Shown here in pieces: positions 49,310 through 59,500 of a DNA stretch of 64,000 bases. Under the pieces are notes generated by a model. The model saw only the letters and a list, made by a program, of their open reading frames with translations, ran no database searches and was not told where the DNA came from. The position numbers and the translations under genes are program-made. Positions within the stretch are counted from its first letter, which is position 1; every line of letters begins with the position of its first letter. Source of the stretch: an uncultured virus (IMG/VR IMGVR_UViG_3300032163_000924) (taxonomy: Duplodnaviria; Heunggongvirae; Uroviricota; Caudoviricetes); the IMG/VR virus record IMGVR_UViG_3300032163_000924. The stretch is one strand, 5' to 3'.

Positions 49310-50881
49310 ATGGCTAAAATAATTGTAAATAATGTATACTCACAGATACAGGGGCTTACTGATCCCGAAACTCTTAAAATATTAGATCAGCATCTAAGTT
49401 ATTATGTCCAAGGCTACGCTTTCACCAAGGCATTCAGACAAGGTTGGTGGGAACCAAAAGAACATAGGTGGAAAAGATGGGATGGCAAAAATCATCTGTT
49501 GGACAAACAATTAAGATTTCAAACAGGTTTATTAGATAAAGCAAAAATGGTATTGAATAGCAGGGGGATTATATTTACTATAGATGACCAAAGAATAAAA
49601 ATAAAATTCGGCAAAAAAATAAAAATCAAAAATGTAGAAGAACGCGAATATCAGAAAAGAGTGGTTGATGCTACACTCAAATATGAAGGCGGCATAGTAA
49701 AGGCAGCAACTGGTTCTGGTAAAAGTGTTATGATTAATAATCTTATAGCAGAAACCAATGTCAAAACTATGGTATATGTTATAGGTATAGATTTGCTTTA
49801 TCAAATGGCTGAAACCTTTGAAAAAATGCTTGGAACAGATGTAGGGATTATAGGAGATGGTAATGTAGATATAAAGAAAATTAATGTTTGCACTGTTTGG
49901 ACTGCTGCTAATGCTCTTGATAATGAATATGTGCCCTTTGATGACGAAGAACGTGTCAAGGAAAAAAAGTTTAACGCGATTGATAAATCAAGGATAATAA
50001 AGGCTATAAAAGAATCTGAAATGACCATATATGATGAATGCCAAATGCTTGCGGCCAAAACACTTCAGGTTATAAATAGTGCTAGTAATAATGCTTATTA
50101 TAAATATGGCTTTAGCGGTACCCCTTTTCGCGATGATAATGCTGATTTATTATTAGAGGCCGTGTGTGGAAAGATAATTGTAGAGGTTACTGCTTCTGAA
50201 TTAATTCATAGTGGTTTTCTTGTTAAACCAACTATTCACTTTATAGATATACCAGAATATGCTGGTGCATTAGAAGCGCCGTATCAGACTGTATATAAAG
50301 AATATATAGTAGAAAATGACATTAGAAATGCTAAAATAGTAAATATAGCAAATAAACTTGTTGTTGGCGGCAGAAAGGTTTTAATTTTGGTAAAGACCTT
50401 GAAGCATGGTGATTTAATACTCCAGGCATTAAAAAAGAAAAAGATGATTGTATATTTTGTTAAAGGTGAATTAGATTCCGATGAACGCAATGATATAAGA
50501 AAAAGATTCATTGATAATAAAATAGATATAATTGTGGCTAGTGCGGTGTATGATCAAGGTGTAGACCTTCGCAATTTAGATGCGTTAATATTATCTGGAT
50601 CTGGTAAATCATCGGGTAGAGCGCTTCAAAGAATCGGTAGAGTTATACGAACATGCGAAGGAAAGAAAGATGCTATAGTGATAGATTTTATAGATAACGC
50701 GAAATATCTATTTGATCATTCTAAAAAACGAATGGAAATTTATAAAAGTGAAGGCGGCTTCATAGTAAAGTGGCCTAAGGATAGTGAGGATGGTGGTGAG
50801 TTCGGAAGTACCAAAGAAGAAAAAACTAAGGAAAGGGAGCAAATGCCGAAAAGCAACAACAGCGGAAAAATGTCTTGGTAA
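49310..50881 (+). CDS. Superfamily 2 helicase (UvsW/XPB-like)
   Basis: REYQ, ATGSGKS, DECQ, SGTP, QGVDL and QRIGRVIR helicase motifs. Confidence 0.9.
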   Translation: MAKIIVNNVYSQIQGLTDPETLKILDQHLSYYVQGYAFTKAFRQGWWEPKEHRWKRWDGKNHLLDKQLRFQTGLLDKAKMVLNSRGIIFTIDDQRIKIKFGKKIKIKNVEEREYQKRVVDATLKYEGGIVKAATGSGKSVMINNLIAETNVKTMVYVIGIDLLYQMAETFEKMLGTDVGIIGDGNVDIKKINVCTVWTAANALDNEYVPFDDEERVKEKKFNAIDKSRIIKAIKESEMTIYDECQMLAAKTLQVINSASNNAYYKYGFSGTPFRDDNADLLLEAVCGKIIVEVTASELIHSGFLVKPTIHFIDIPEYAGALEAPYQTVYKEYIVENDIRNAKIVNIANKLVVGGRKVLILVKTLKHGDLILQALKKKKMIVYFVKGELDSDERNDIRKRFIDNKIDIIVASAVYDQGVDLRNLDALILSGSGKSSGRALQRIGRVIRTCEGKKDAIVIDFIDNAKYLFDHSKKRMEIYKSEGGFIVKWPKDSEDGGEFGSTKEEKTKEREQMPKSNNSGKMSW

Positions 50882-51536
50882 ATATGTTTTGAATTATGAA
50901 AATAATGCGCCTATTTTCATTTGTGATACCTGTAATGACCGAGATCTAACCTGGAAAAAATTCTACGACGAATATTTACAGTTATTTAAAACAAAAGAAA
51001 ATTGGGATATAGAAAAGAACAAGGTATCGTGTGTGATAGGTTTCTTTTGCCATATGTATAAAGAAACTTATAATACAGAATATGTATTTGTTCCTAGTAG
51101 TCCAAATCCGTATAGTTCAAAGGAATGTATGGATGCTTGGATGCTAATGGCGACTTTCAAAAACAATGCCAATGATGTTAGAAAATATATATTTTGGGTA
51201 TTCAAAAAAGTTATTAAGACATCAACGGCTATAACTAGTTTTGGATATTTTAATACCCCAAACTTAATAAGAAAGTATAATATAATGGCAGAAAGAAAGA
51301 ATAATTATAATAGATCGTCTTCTTTGCCAGAAAATTTTATAGAATGGTGTAATGTCAATACACCTACTATTTTTACTAAATATGCATTTGGTACTATGAA
51401 TGATTTAGGGGCATTGGTAAGTTATGTTGGTAAATATAAATCAGAGTTTGATAATAACTCGGATGAATCTAAGGTCTTGACTATGGCAGAAACATTACGA
51501 CTAACTATTAATGGCAAGTTAAACGTGGTACAATAA
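50784..51536 (+). CDS. Hypothetical protein in replication block
   Basis: 250-aa ORF with N-terminal Cys cluster; overlaps helicase 3' end; start uncertain. Confidence 0.55.
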   Translation: MRMVVSSEVPKKKKLRKGSKCRKATTAEKCLGKYVLNYENNAPIFICDTCNDRDLTWKKFYDEYLQLFKTKENWDIEKNKVSCVIGFFCHMYKETYNTEYVFVPSSPNPYSSKECMDAWMLMATFKNNANDVRKYIFWVFKKVIKTSTAITSFGYFNTPNLIRKYNIMAERKNNYNRSSSLPENFIEWCNVNTPTIFTKYAFGTMNDLGALVSYVGKYKSEFDNNSDESKVLTMAETLRLTINGKLNVVQ

Positions 51537-52114
51537 TGGAAAATTTAATAGGTAATATGGTTAGAGTATTTATGATTTCAGGCGATAAGAGTTTGGATGG
51601 CATACTTATAGGTTTTGAAGAAGATCTTGTATATCTACAAAAAATGGATAACTCTGAGCAAACTTATGTGATTCCAGAAAAAAGAATATCACATTATTTG
51701 GTTGAAAAGATATTGCTTGCACCATCAGTTCCTATAGTAATCAATAACGAAGAATTACGATCAGAAACTAAAATTATACCGAATGAGTTGGAGGTTCATA
51801 TAGATGCTGTGCATATAACAACTATACCATTACCGCCCACTTTTAATCTTGCGGTATTTAGTGACGATATATTACGAATCATATGGGGTAATCCAGATGT
51901 TAGGAGTATTTTGACTGGGAAGAATCAAGAATCATTAGAGTATTTTCCAGGCAAAGTTATTATAAAAACACAGTCTACACCAATAGTTTTGTCTAATAAT
52001 GAAAGCAGTAAACAAGTATCATTTAATATGGGTGTTTCTTCACCAGCTATGTCTTTTTTAAGTCCATCTGATATGGTATTAAGATTAAATAATATAGTAA
52101 AGCCTAAAGCCTAA
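51536..52114 (+). CDS. Hypothetical protein, possible Sm/LSm-like N-terminus
   Basis: LIGNMVRVFM...LDGILIGFEE.LVYL...YVIP...I resembles an Sm-fold pattern. Confidence 0.45.
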   Translation: MENLIGNMVRVFMISGDKSLDGILIGFEEDLVYLQKMDNSEQTYVIPEKRISHYLVEKILLAPSVPIVINNEELRSETKIIPNELEVHIDAVHITTIPLPPTFNLAVFSDDILRIIWGNPDVRSILTGKNQESLEYFPGKVIIKTQSTPIVLSNNESSKQVSFNMGVSSPAMSFLSPSDMVLRLNNIVKPKA

Positions 52115-52117
52115 TTG

Positions 52118-52128
52118 GTGTATATAAA
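52118..52128 (+). promoter_or_regulatory. Intergenic GTGTATATA motif
   Basis: GTGTATATAAA in the gap directly before the DnaC-like ATG. Confidence 0.35.
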
Positions 52129-52131
52129 AGT

Positions 52132-52788
52132 ATGCATAAAAAAACACAACTGATAAAACAGAAGATAACATTAACTCACGGTTGTAATGGTGCGTGTTCA
52201 CAATGCACAAAGAAGCATATGATAATAGATCATATGCACGAGGCTAATATTCCAGTAGGATATTGGCTACTAAATATGAAAGAATTTAGTGGCTCCGAGA
52301 AATTGAAGAATCTTATAGAAGGATACATAAACAATATAGATGGTAATTATATGTCTGGCTATTCAATTTGTTTATCTGGTAGTCAAGGAACTGGCAAAAC
52401 AATGTCATCAATATGTATTTTGAAAGAAGCTATAAAAAATAATTATTCCACCTATTATATTACGGCATCTGATATGTTAAGTGGTTTAACTGGCAAAGAT
52501 AATGTGTTGCGTAAAAAACTCAAAGATGTAGATTTCTTGGTTATAGATGAATTGGATTCGAGATTTTTTACAAGTGATAGTGCTAAGGAACTATTTAGTG
52601 GTATATATGAAAATATTTTTAGATCAAGAGCACATAATACTTTACCAACTATTATATGCACTAACGAAACTGAAGGGATTTTAACATTATTTTACGGTGC
52701 TGGGGTCCAGAGTATTGATTCATTAAATCAACAATATTTAACTATATATCCGGTGGTAGGACAAGATTTTAGGAGAAAGAATGAGTGA
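52132..52788 (+). CDS. DnaC/IstB-like AAA+ helicase loader
   Basis: N-terminal Cys cluster; GSQGTGKT Walker A, LVIDEL Walker B, PTIICTN and GQDFR; directly upstream of DnaB. Confidence 0.8.
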   Translation: MHKKTQLIKQKITLTHGCNGACSQCTKKHMIIDHMHEANIPVGYWLLNMKEFSGSEKLKNLIEGYINNIDGNYMSGYSICLSGSQGTGKTMSSICILKEAIKNNYSTYYITASDMLSGLTGKDNVLRKKLKDVDFLVIDELDSRFFTSDSAKELFSGIYENIFRSRAHNTLPTIICTNETEGILTLFYGAGVQSIDSLNQQYLTIYPVVGQDFRRKNE

Positions 52789-54175
52789 TAATTTGGATAA
52801 AATACTTTTAGCATACGCATTAAAAGACAAAAAATTCACTATGGAGTTAGTTAATTCCACAAGTGATAAATATTTTTCTTCAGATACCCAATGGTTGTAT
52901 AGATTAGTATTAGAATATTTTAAAGATCCAAGATTTAAAGAAATACCGACCGAAAAGATTATTAGAGAATATCTCTCAAAGGCGTATGATAATCCAGGGT
53001 TAGTAGAAGAGTGTATGAGTAAGTATGCAAGTATAGTTGCTATGGAATTAGATCCATTAGAATTTAATTGGTATTTTGATAAATTACGAATACGCTACAA
53101 TTCCCAGATTCAACAAGAATGTTCGATATCAATCCACAAAATTCATAAAACTGAGACAGATGAGAAATTACGGCTTGATAAATCTAATCAAGCGATCAAA
53201 GAAGCCGCCGTCGGTATAGATAGTATTTACAGGCGGCAAGCTTACAAAGAAGGCTCGCTGGATGAAAGTGCCAAGGAAAGGGCAAATAATTATAGCTACA
53301 TAGAGGAAAATCCAAATGCAGCTCGTGGTATTCTCACTGGCTTTAAGGAATTCGATAGGATTACTAATGGGCTTCATGATGGTGAATTAATGATAGTAGC
53401 GGGCTCCACAGGCACAGGTAAATCAGTTGTTATGCATAATATGGGTATTAATGCTTATTTGGGTGAAAATTTGCCATTTTCATTAGAGCAGACATGGAAT
53501 AAAGATTCTGGTAGTAATGTATTATTATTTTCTCTTGAAATGTCCAAAGAATCAATGGAAAGAAGAATTGATTCTTGTATGGGTGGGTTATATTATAATC
53601 AGATACGCGATGGAATGTTGTCAAGTGATGATAAATTAAAATACTTTCAGTTATTAAAATTTCAGATGAATTATTTTAAGAAGTTTCATATAGTAGATAT
53701 GCCAAAGGGAGCAACTACCAGAGAAATAGAATTAAAGTATTTAGAGGTTAAAGAGACCAAATTTAAACCAGATTTGATAATTATAGATTATATTGGCATT
53801 ATGTCGCCAAATGAAGCTGGGGAATCAGATTGGTTGTCCTTAGGTAAAATTGCGGCTGAATTACATGAATTTGCTAGAACATATGATATTCCAGTTATAA
53901 CAGGCTCACAAGTAAATAGGCCAAAAGAAGGAACAAAAACAGATTATTCAACCAATAGAGTGGCTCGTTCTGATATGCTAACTAATAATGCTAATATAAT
54001 TATACAAATAGGATGTAGGGATGATGAATATATACGAACAGATATGCCGGTTTATATTATTAAAATGCGAGATGGGGAAAAGGGTTCATTTACTTTAAGC
54101 AAGGATTTTGCCAAGATGAAGGTCGTAGATATGGTAGATGAATCTTTCGCTGGAATGGATACCGATGATATCTAA
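52781..54175 (+). CDS. dnaB: Replicative DNA helicase DnaB
   Basis: TGFKEFDRITNGL, GSTGTGKS, FSLEM, IIIDY, SQVNR and KMRDG motifs. Confidence 0.9.
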   Translation: MSDNLDKILLAYALKDKKFTMELVNSTSDKYFSSDTQWLYRLVLEYFKDPRFKEIPTEKIIREYLSKAYDNPGLVEECMSKYASIVAMELDPLEFNWYFDKLRIRYNSQIQQECSISIHKIHKTETDEKLRLDKSNQAIKEAAVGIDSIYRRQAYKEGSLDESAKERANNYSYIEENPNAARGILTGFKEFDRITNGLHDGELMIVAGSTGTGKSVVMHNMGINAYLGENLPFSLEQTWNKDSGSNVLLFSLEMSKESMERRIDSCMGGLYYNQIRDGMLSSDDKLKYFQLLKFQMNYFKKFHIVDMPKGATTREIELKYLEVKETKFKPDLIIIDYIGIMSPNEAGESDWLSLGKIAAELHEFARTYDIPVITGSQVNRPKEGTKTDYSTNRVARSDMLTNNANIIIQIGCRDDEYIRTDMPVYIIKMRDGEKGSFTLSKDFAKMKVVDMVDESFAGMDTDDI

Positions 54176-54356
54176 AAAAGTAGGAAAAATAATCAGAATA
54201 ATATGGAATAAAGAAACTGATTCGGTTCAGTTAGTTATGGAAATAATCGATCAACAATATAAATCAAGAATAATACACAATAAGGATTTAGAAGATATAA
54301 TAACATTTGAAGGCAAAGATGTTATGGTTATAGCATCTAAGAGTAGAAAGGAATAA
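54165..54356 (+). CDS. Small hypothetical protein
   Basis: ORF overlapping dnaB stop and ending just before the next ATG. Confidence 0.45.
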   Translation: MISKKVGKIIRIIWNKETDSVQLVMEIIDQQYKSRIIHNKDLEDIITFEGKDVMVIASKSRKE

Positions 54357-54358
54357 TT

Positions 54359-54619
54359 ATGCCCCTATTTAGTTATGAATGTAATAAGTGTGAATGTGTG
54401 GTAGAAAAATTTGTGCATAAATCCTCCGATATACCAGAATTAAAGTGTAGGAAATGCGATGGAATAGGGTTTAAAAAATTATTTTCTGATGTTAAGAGCA
54501 GAATCGGTTTGGATGCTAAGACGTTATATGAGACTAAAATAAAACCGGATGTTCAAAGAATTATGAAAAATATATCCAATGGCAAAGATAGTGATTTCTT
54601 AGATATTAGTGGTGATTAG
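54359..54619 (+). CDS. FmdB-family zinc-ribbon protein
   Basis: MPLFSYECNKC...KCRKC...KKLFS pattern. Confidence 0.8.
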   Translation: MPLFSYECNKCECVVEKFVHKSSDIPELKCRKCDGIGFKKLFSDVKSRIGLDAKTLYETKIKPDVQRIMKNISNGKDSDFLDISGD

Positions 54620-54620
54620 A

Positions 54621-54645
54621 TATAAATATAGTGTATATATAAATA
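54621..54645 (+). promoter_or_regulatory. Candidate promoter upstream of prkA (GTGTATATA flanked by TATAAATA copies)
   Basis: TATAAATA 54621-54628, GTGTATATA 54631-54639, TATAAATA 54638-54645, then GGAGG RBS. Confidence 0.4.
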
Positions 54646-54672
54646 TAAGCAATTTCTTAGATTGGAGGATAA

Positions 54673-56595
54673 ATGGATAATGATATATTTAGGGATATAG
54701 AAGAATATACTCAAAGCACCAATTTAGAAAGTTGGCATGGCACTTTTAAAGATTTTATTCCTATGGTGCAAAGTAATCCCAAGTTAGCTCAGCTTGCACA
54801 TGCTCGAATATTAGATATGATTGAAAATGCCGGTACAGAATATAGCGAAGATGATAAGAATAAATCTTTTCCAAAATATAAGTTTTTTAATAATGATCTA
54901 TTTGGTGTTGATGAGCCAATAACAAAAGTAGTAAAATATTTAAAGGCTGCGGCATCTGGCTCTCAAGTTGGGAGAAGAATATTATTGTTATATGGGCCAA
55001 CAAGCTCAGGCAAAAGTCAATTAGCTACTTTATTAAAGAATGGTATCGAGAGATGGTCTAAAACAGAATCTGGCGCTCTATATGCTATAGATGGCTGCCC
55101 AATACATGAAAATCCACTAAATCTTATTCCATACGATTTACGCAAAAAATTCAGAGAAAACTATGCTGTTAAGATCGATCCATTAGCCAGATTATGTCCT
55201 GTGTGCCAATTTAGATTAGAGAACGAATTGGGCGGGCATTGGTTAGATATGCCAGTTAAGCGTATATTCTTCTCTGAGACCGGTCGGCTTGGTATAGGGA
55301 CCTTTCTACCAGGCGATCAAAAGAATCAATCTATAACAGAATTAGTAGGTTCTGTGGATTTTAGTAAGTTAGGGGAGTTTGGTGTAGAATCCGATCCGCG
55401 CGCTTATAAATTTGATGGAGAGTTGAATGTAGCTAATCGCGGTATTATGGAAATGATAGAAATGCTTAAAGTAGATCCTAAATTTTTGTATGTATTGTTA
55501 ACTTTGGCTCAAGAAAAAACTATTAAAACAGAACGTTTCCCACTTATCTATGCAGATGAGTTTATTATATCTCATTCAAATGAAACCGAATATAATCGTT
55601 TCGTTGGTGATAATAAGATGGAGGCCTTGCATGATAGAATTATAGTAGTAAGGTTTCCCTACAATTTAATATTAGAGGAAGAGATAAAGATATATGATAA
55701 GTTAGTGGGCGAAGCAGATTTTGGTAATATTCATATAGCTCCGCTTACTCTTAAGGTAGCTTCTATGTTTGCTGTATTAAGTAGGCTGGAAGATGCTAAA
55801 GACCAAAATCTAGATCTCTTAAAGAAAATGCAATTATATAATAGTGAAGATGTCGAAGGCTTCACTAAAGAGGATATTAAAAATATAAAGAGTGATACTG
55901 TTAAGGAAGGAATGATTGGTGTAAGTCCTCGTTATATTTTTAATTGTATAGCCGAATGTTTTACCAAATTAGATTTAACTTGTATAACTCCTATTGATGT
56001 TTTAAGATCTATTAAGGATAATTTCGATAGTAGTGCTAAATTTTCTAAAGATGATTTAGAAAGGTTTGACGAAATATTAACTACGGTAGTCGAAGAATAT
56101 ACCAAGATGGCTAAAAACGAAGTTCAAAAGGCATTTTTTCTTAATTTCGAATCAGAAGTTAAAAATCTGCTTAATAATTATATAGATAATGTTGGTTGCT
56201 ATTTGGATGATAAAGATGTGGTTAATGAATTTGGGGAACACCATGATCCTGACGAACATCTAATGCGCGGAGTAGAAGAAAAAATTGGCGTAAGTGATGC
56301 GGCTAAGGGTAGTTTTAGGCAAGAGGTATATCGTAAGGTTATAAAGGGCAAAGCTGATAATGGACAATTTGATTATAAGTCTCATGTAAAGTTACGGGAA
56401 GCACTTGAGCGTCAGATGTTCGATGAGAGATCAGATATTATACGTTTAACAGTAAGCTCCAGAAATCCAGATCCAGATGCTCTTATGAAATTGAATCAAG
56501 TTATAGAAACGCTTGTTAATCAATATGGTTACACTACTGATTCTGCCAATCAGCTTCTTCGTTATGTCAATAGCCTTATGTCACGCACTACATGA
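54673..56595 (+). CDS. prkA: PrkA/YeaG AAA+ protein
   Basis: AHARILDMI, LLLYGPTSSGKS, CPIHENPL, SDPRAYKFDGELNVANRG, EMLK and GVSPRY motifs; 640 aa. Confidence 0.95.
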   Translation: MDNDIFRDIEEYTQSTNLESWHGTFKDFIPMVQSNPKLAQLAHARILDMIENAGTEYSEDDKNKSFPKYKFFNNDLFGVDEPITKVVKYLKAAASGSQVGRRILLLYGPTSSGKSQLATLLKNGIERWSKTESGALYAIDGCPIHENPLNLIPYDLRKKFRENYAVKIDPLARLCPVCQFRLENELGGHWLDMPVKRIFFSETGRLGIGTFLPGDQKNQSITELVGSVDFSKLGEFGVESDPRAYKFDGELNVANRGIMEMIEMLKVDPKFLYVLLTLAQEKTIKTERFPLIYADEFIISHSNETEYNRFVGDNKMEALHDRIIVVRFPYNLILEEEIKIYDKLVGEADFGNIHIAPLTLKVASMFAVLSRLEDAKDQNLDLLKKMQLYNSEDVEGFTKEDIKNIKSDTVKEGMIGVSPRYIFNCIAECFTKLDLTCITPIDVLRSIKDNFDSSAKFSKDDLERFDEILTTVVEEYTKMAKNEVQKAFFLNFESEVKNLLNNYIDNVGCYLDDKDVVNEFGEHHDPDEHLMRGVEEKIGVSDAAKGSFRQEVYRKVIKGKADNGQFDYKSHVKLREALERQMFDERSDIIRLTVSSRNPDPDALMKLNQVIETLVNQYGYTTDSANQLLRYVNSLMSRTT

Positions 56596-56825
56596 AATTA
56601 GAAGAATTTGATGGATTAATATTTTATAATATTGGTGAGGATGAGCCAGTTGCAGTTTCTTTTGATCAACATATGGGGTTTAGTTCATGGAAAAGCACAT
56701 TAGTAATTCCTAAGATGAAAGTGAATGGCATTTATTTCGTGGAAAATGATACTCACTATTGGTTTAGTGAAATGGATAGATTTAGGCAAGAATATTTATT
56801 GTATAAATTATCTGGATTAATATGA
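56592..56825 (+). CDS. Small hypothetical protein inserted in prkA operon
   Basis: ATGA overlaps on both sides. Confidence 0.55.
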   Translation: MKLEEFDGLIFYNIGEDEPVAVSFDQHMGFSSWKSTLVIPKMKVNGIYFVENDTHYWFSEMDRFRQEYLLYKLSGLI

Positions 56826-57994
56826 CTAATTTTATTGATTTTTGGTCGATGCGAAAAAGAGCAAAGCGTGATGGTATCCGCCATTCTTTGCGCATCAAAA
56901 AAGCTATAAAAGAAAACCTAAAAGATTTGATTTCAGATTCAAATATAATATCTTCGGACGGAAATAAGAAAATAAAGATTCCACTTAAATTTCTGGATAA
57001 TTATAGATTCAAGCATCGAGAAGATAAAAATCAAGAAGATGTTGGTCAAAGTGATAAAGATCATAATCCTGGAGATGCAATAGCTCACGATGGATCTGGT
57101 AGAAGAGGCTTAGGATCAGAGCCGGCAGATTCAGAAGGCGAAGAAATATACGAGGAAGAGATATCTATAACTGAAATAATACAAATGATGCTTGAAGATT
57201 TAGATCTTCCATGGTTAGAGCAAAAAGATAGTGCTATAGAGGTAGAGACAGAAGATATAAGATTTAGTGATATATCTGAAGTTGGTCCACTTTCAAACGT
57301 AGATAAGAAGAAGACCATATTGGAAAATATAAAAAGAAACGCCAAAACAGGCGAGCCAGTAATTAAAAATATCAAACCAGAAGATTTACGTTATAAAGTT
57401 TGGGAATTGACAAAAGAATATCACTCTAATGCGGCAGTATACTTTTTAATGGATAGATCTGGAAGTATGGATGAAGATAAGAAGTATATAGCTAAATCTT
57501 TTTTCTTCTGGTTAGCTCATTTTTGCAAGACTAAGTATAAAAATGTTGAAATTATATTTATAGCCCATGATACTGTTGCCAAAATAGTTCCGGAAAAAAA
57601 CTTTTTTACCATTTCAAATAGTGGTGGAACACTCTGCAGTTCAGCCTTTAAATTGGCACTAGAACATATTAATAACAATCATGACCCTAAAATTTTTAAT
57701 AATTATGTTTTTTCATTTAGTGATGGTGATAATTGGAAGCAAGACAATGAAGAATGCATAAAAGTTGTAGAAAGATTACTAGAAGTATGTACTGCAGTGG
57801 GTTATGGAGAAATAAATCCGGATATATTTTCATCTTCTGGTGATAAGCAACCAAAATTATTATGGTCTTCACTGCATCAAGATTTTACCAAGAGTATAAT
57901 ACATAATAGATTTATGACGGCAGCGATATCGAAGAAAGAAGATATTTATTCTTGTCTTAAACAATTTTTGGGCATTAATAGCGAGAATGTATGA
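56822..57994 (+). CDS. yhbH: YeaH/YhbH (DUF444) vWA-domain protein
   Basis: RH..RIK.AIKENL, EDLDLP, DLRY, LMDRSGSM MIDAS, FIAHD, SGGTLCSSA and SDGDNW motifs. Confidence 0.9.
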   Translation: MTNFIDFWSMRKRAKRDGIRHSLRIKKAIKENLKDLISDSNIISSDGNKKIKIPLKFLDNYRFKHREDKNQEDVGQSDKDHNPGDAIAHDGSGRRGLGSEPADSEGEEIYEEEISITEIIQMMLEDLDLPWLEQKDSAIEVETEDIRFSDISEVGPLSNVDKKKTILENIKRNAKTGEPVIKNIKPEDLRYKVWELTKEYHSNAAVYFLMDRSGSMDEDKKYIAKSFFFWLAHFCKTKYKNVEIIFIAHDTVAKIVPEKNFFTISNSGGTLCSSAFKLALEHINNNHDPKIFNNYVFSFSDGDNWKQDNEECIKVVERLLEVCTAVGYGEINPDIFSSSGDKQPKLLWSSLHQDFTKSIIHNRFMTAAISKKEDIYSCLKQFLGINSENV

Positions 57995-59076
57995 GGGATG
58001 TCATTGGAATAAAATTTAACAAACTTTTGGTATTAGAATTTTCTCATTCAGATAAGAATGGAAGATACTGGAGGTGTATGTGTGATTGCGGAAAATTAAA
58101 TACTGTTGCAACAAAAAATCTTACATCTGGACAGGTCAAGTCATGCGGGTGCATTAAGAATCAAATTATGAACATAACTGGCAAAAAATTTGGAAACCTT
58201 TTAGTTATTGATTTTGCATATAAAAAAGATTCAAGATCATATTGGAATTGTATATGTGATTGTGGTAACTCAAAAATAATTTGCGGAAACACGATTACTA
58301 GCGGCCTAGTGAAATCTTGTGGTTGTCTAAAATTAAAAAAATTAAATGATATATCTGGTATAAAATTTGGTAAGTTAGAAGCAATTTCATATTTTGGTCC
58401 AAGTAAATCTGGGGCAAAGTGGAGCTGCATTTGTGAGTGTGGCAAAACCCAAGTTGTTTCTGGAAATTCTTTAAGAAGTGGCGAAACTAAATCTTGTGGC
58501 TGTAGTAGAAGGAATAATATGATCGGAAGAAAAATAGGTTCCCTCTCGGTTATAAAATTTTGTGATAATATTAAGGATTCTAGCTGGGAATGTAAGTGTG
58601 ATTGCGGAAATATTACTATAGTAAAAACAGAAAATTTAATATCAGAAACAACAAAATCATGCGGATGTATGAAGGAATACTATAGAAAAATAACAAATAA
58701 TAAAAAATATGGAAAGGATTATCCAATGCAAACATTAGAAATAGCATTGAAGGTCGCAAAATCATCAAATAATTCTATAATACTTGTACACTGGAAAACT
58801 AATGAAGAATTAGTTTGCCAAGCATCTTATGAAAAAGCAGTTGTTGAATATCTAAATATCAATAAAATAAACTTTCGCTGGCAGTCAAAAACTTTTATGA
58901 TGCCAAATGGGAAAACTTATCGACCTGATTTATATTTGTTCTCCTCCAAAAAATGGATCGAAATAAAGGGCTATTTTAGAAAAGATGCGCAAGAAAAGTG
59001 GGATTGGTTTCATAAAGAATACCCAAATTCAGAATTATGGAATAAAACTAAGCTTGAAGAAATTGGAATATTATAG
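57991..59076 (+). CDS. Free-standing endonuclease with KFG.L/CxCDCG repeats and PD-(D/E)xK domain
   Basis: Four G.KF..L.V...W.C.C.CG...KSCGC repeats; ASYE, YRPDLYL and WIEIKG. Confidence 0.8.
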   Translation: MRDVIGIKFNKLLVLEFSHSDKNGRYWRCMCDCGKLNTVATKNLTSGQVKSCGCIKNQIMNITGKKFGNLLVIDFAYKKDSRSYWNCICDCGNSKIICGNTITSGLVKSCGCLKLKKLNDISGIKFGKLEAISYFGPSKSGAKWSCICECGKTQVVSGNSLRSGETKSCGCSRRNNMIGRKIGSLSVIKFCDNIKDSSWECKCDCGNITIVKTENLISETTKSCGCMKEYYRKITNNKKYGKDYPMQTLEIALKVAKSSNNSIILVHWKTNEELVCQASYEKAVVEYLNINKINFRWQSKTFMMPNGKTYRPDLYLFSSKKWIEIKGYFRKDAQEKWDWFHKEYPNSELWNKTKLEEIGIL

Positions 59077-59079
59077 CCA

Positions 59080-59463
59080 ATGACTGAACGAGAATTAGCA
59101 CAATCAATAATTCTACTAACAAATTATATAAACAAAAGTGTCGAGACCATAAAGGAATCGGCACCAAAATTTTTATTAAAAAGGTATTCTTTCTGCAACA
59201 TAGAATACTTAGACACATTCTTGTCTATAATAGATAATGGTGTATCAAGTCTTGCAGAAAGTGTAATATATGTGTATACAAACTATTTCGACAAGCAGAC
59301 TCTCGAAATTATATATTTATCATCACTATTAGGAGAACCTATTGCAATGAATGCTGATTTCTATGAAAACTTGGAAAAGGCTAAAGATGAGTGGTTTTCA
59401 GATATTGTTATGGTAATGGACGAAATATTACATAATGTAGGCTCAGGAGATTTTACCAATTGA
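59080..59463 (+). CDS. Hypothetical protein
   Basis: 127-aa ORF on the coding strand; no motif recognised. Confidence 0.5.
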   Translation: MTERELAQSIILLTNYINKSVETIKESAPKFLLKRYSFCNIEYLDTFLSIIDNGVSSLAESVIYVYTNYFDKQTLEIIYLSSLLGEPIAMNADFYENLEKAKDEWFSDIVMVMDEILHNVGSGDFTN

Positions 59464-59500
59464 GTATCTATAAAAATAAATTAATTAAGATAAGGATTAT

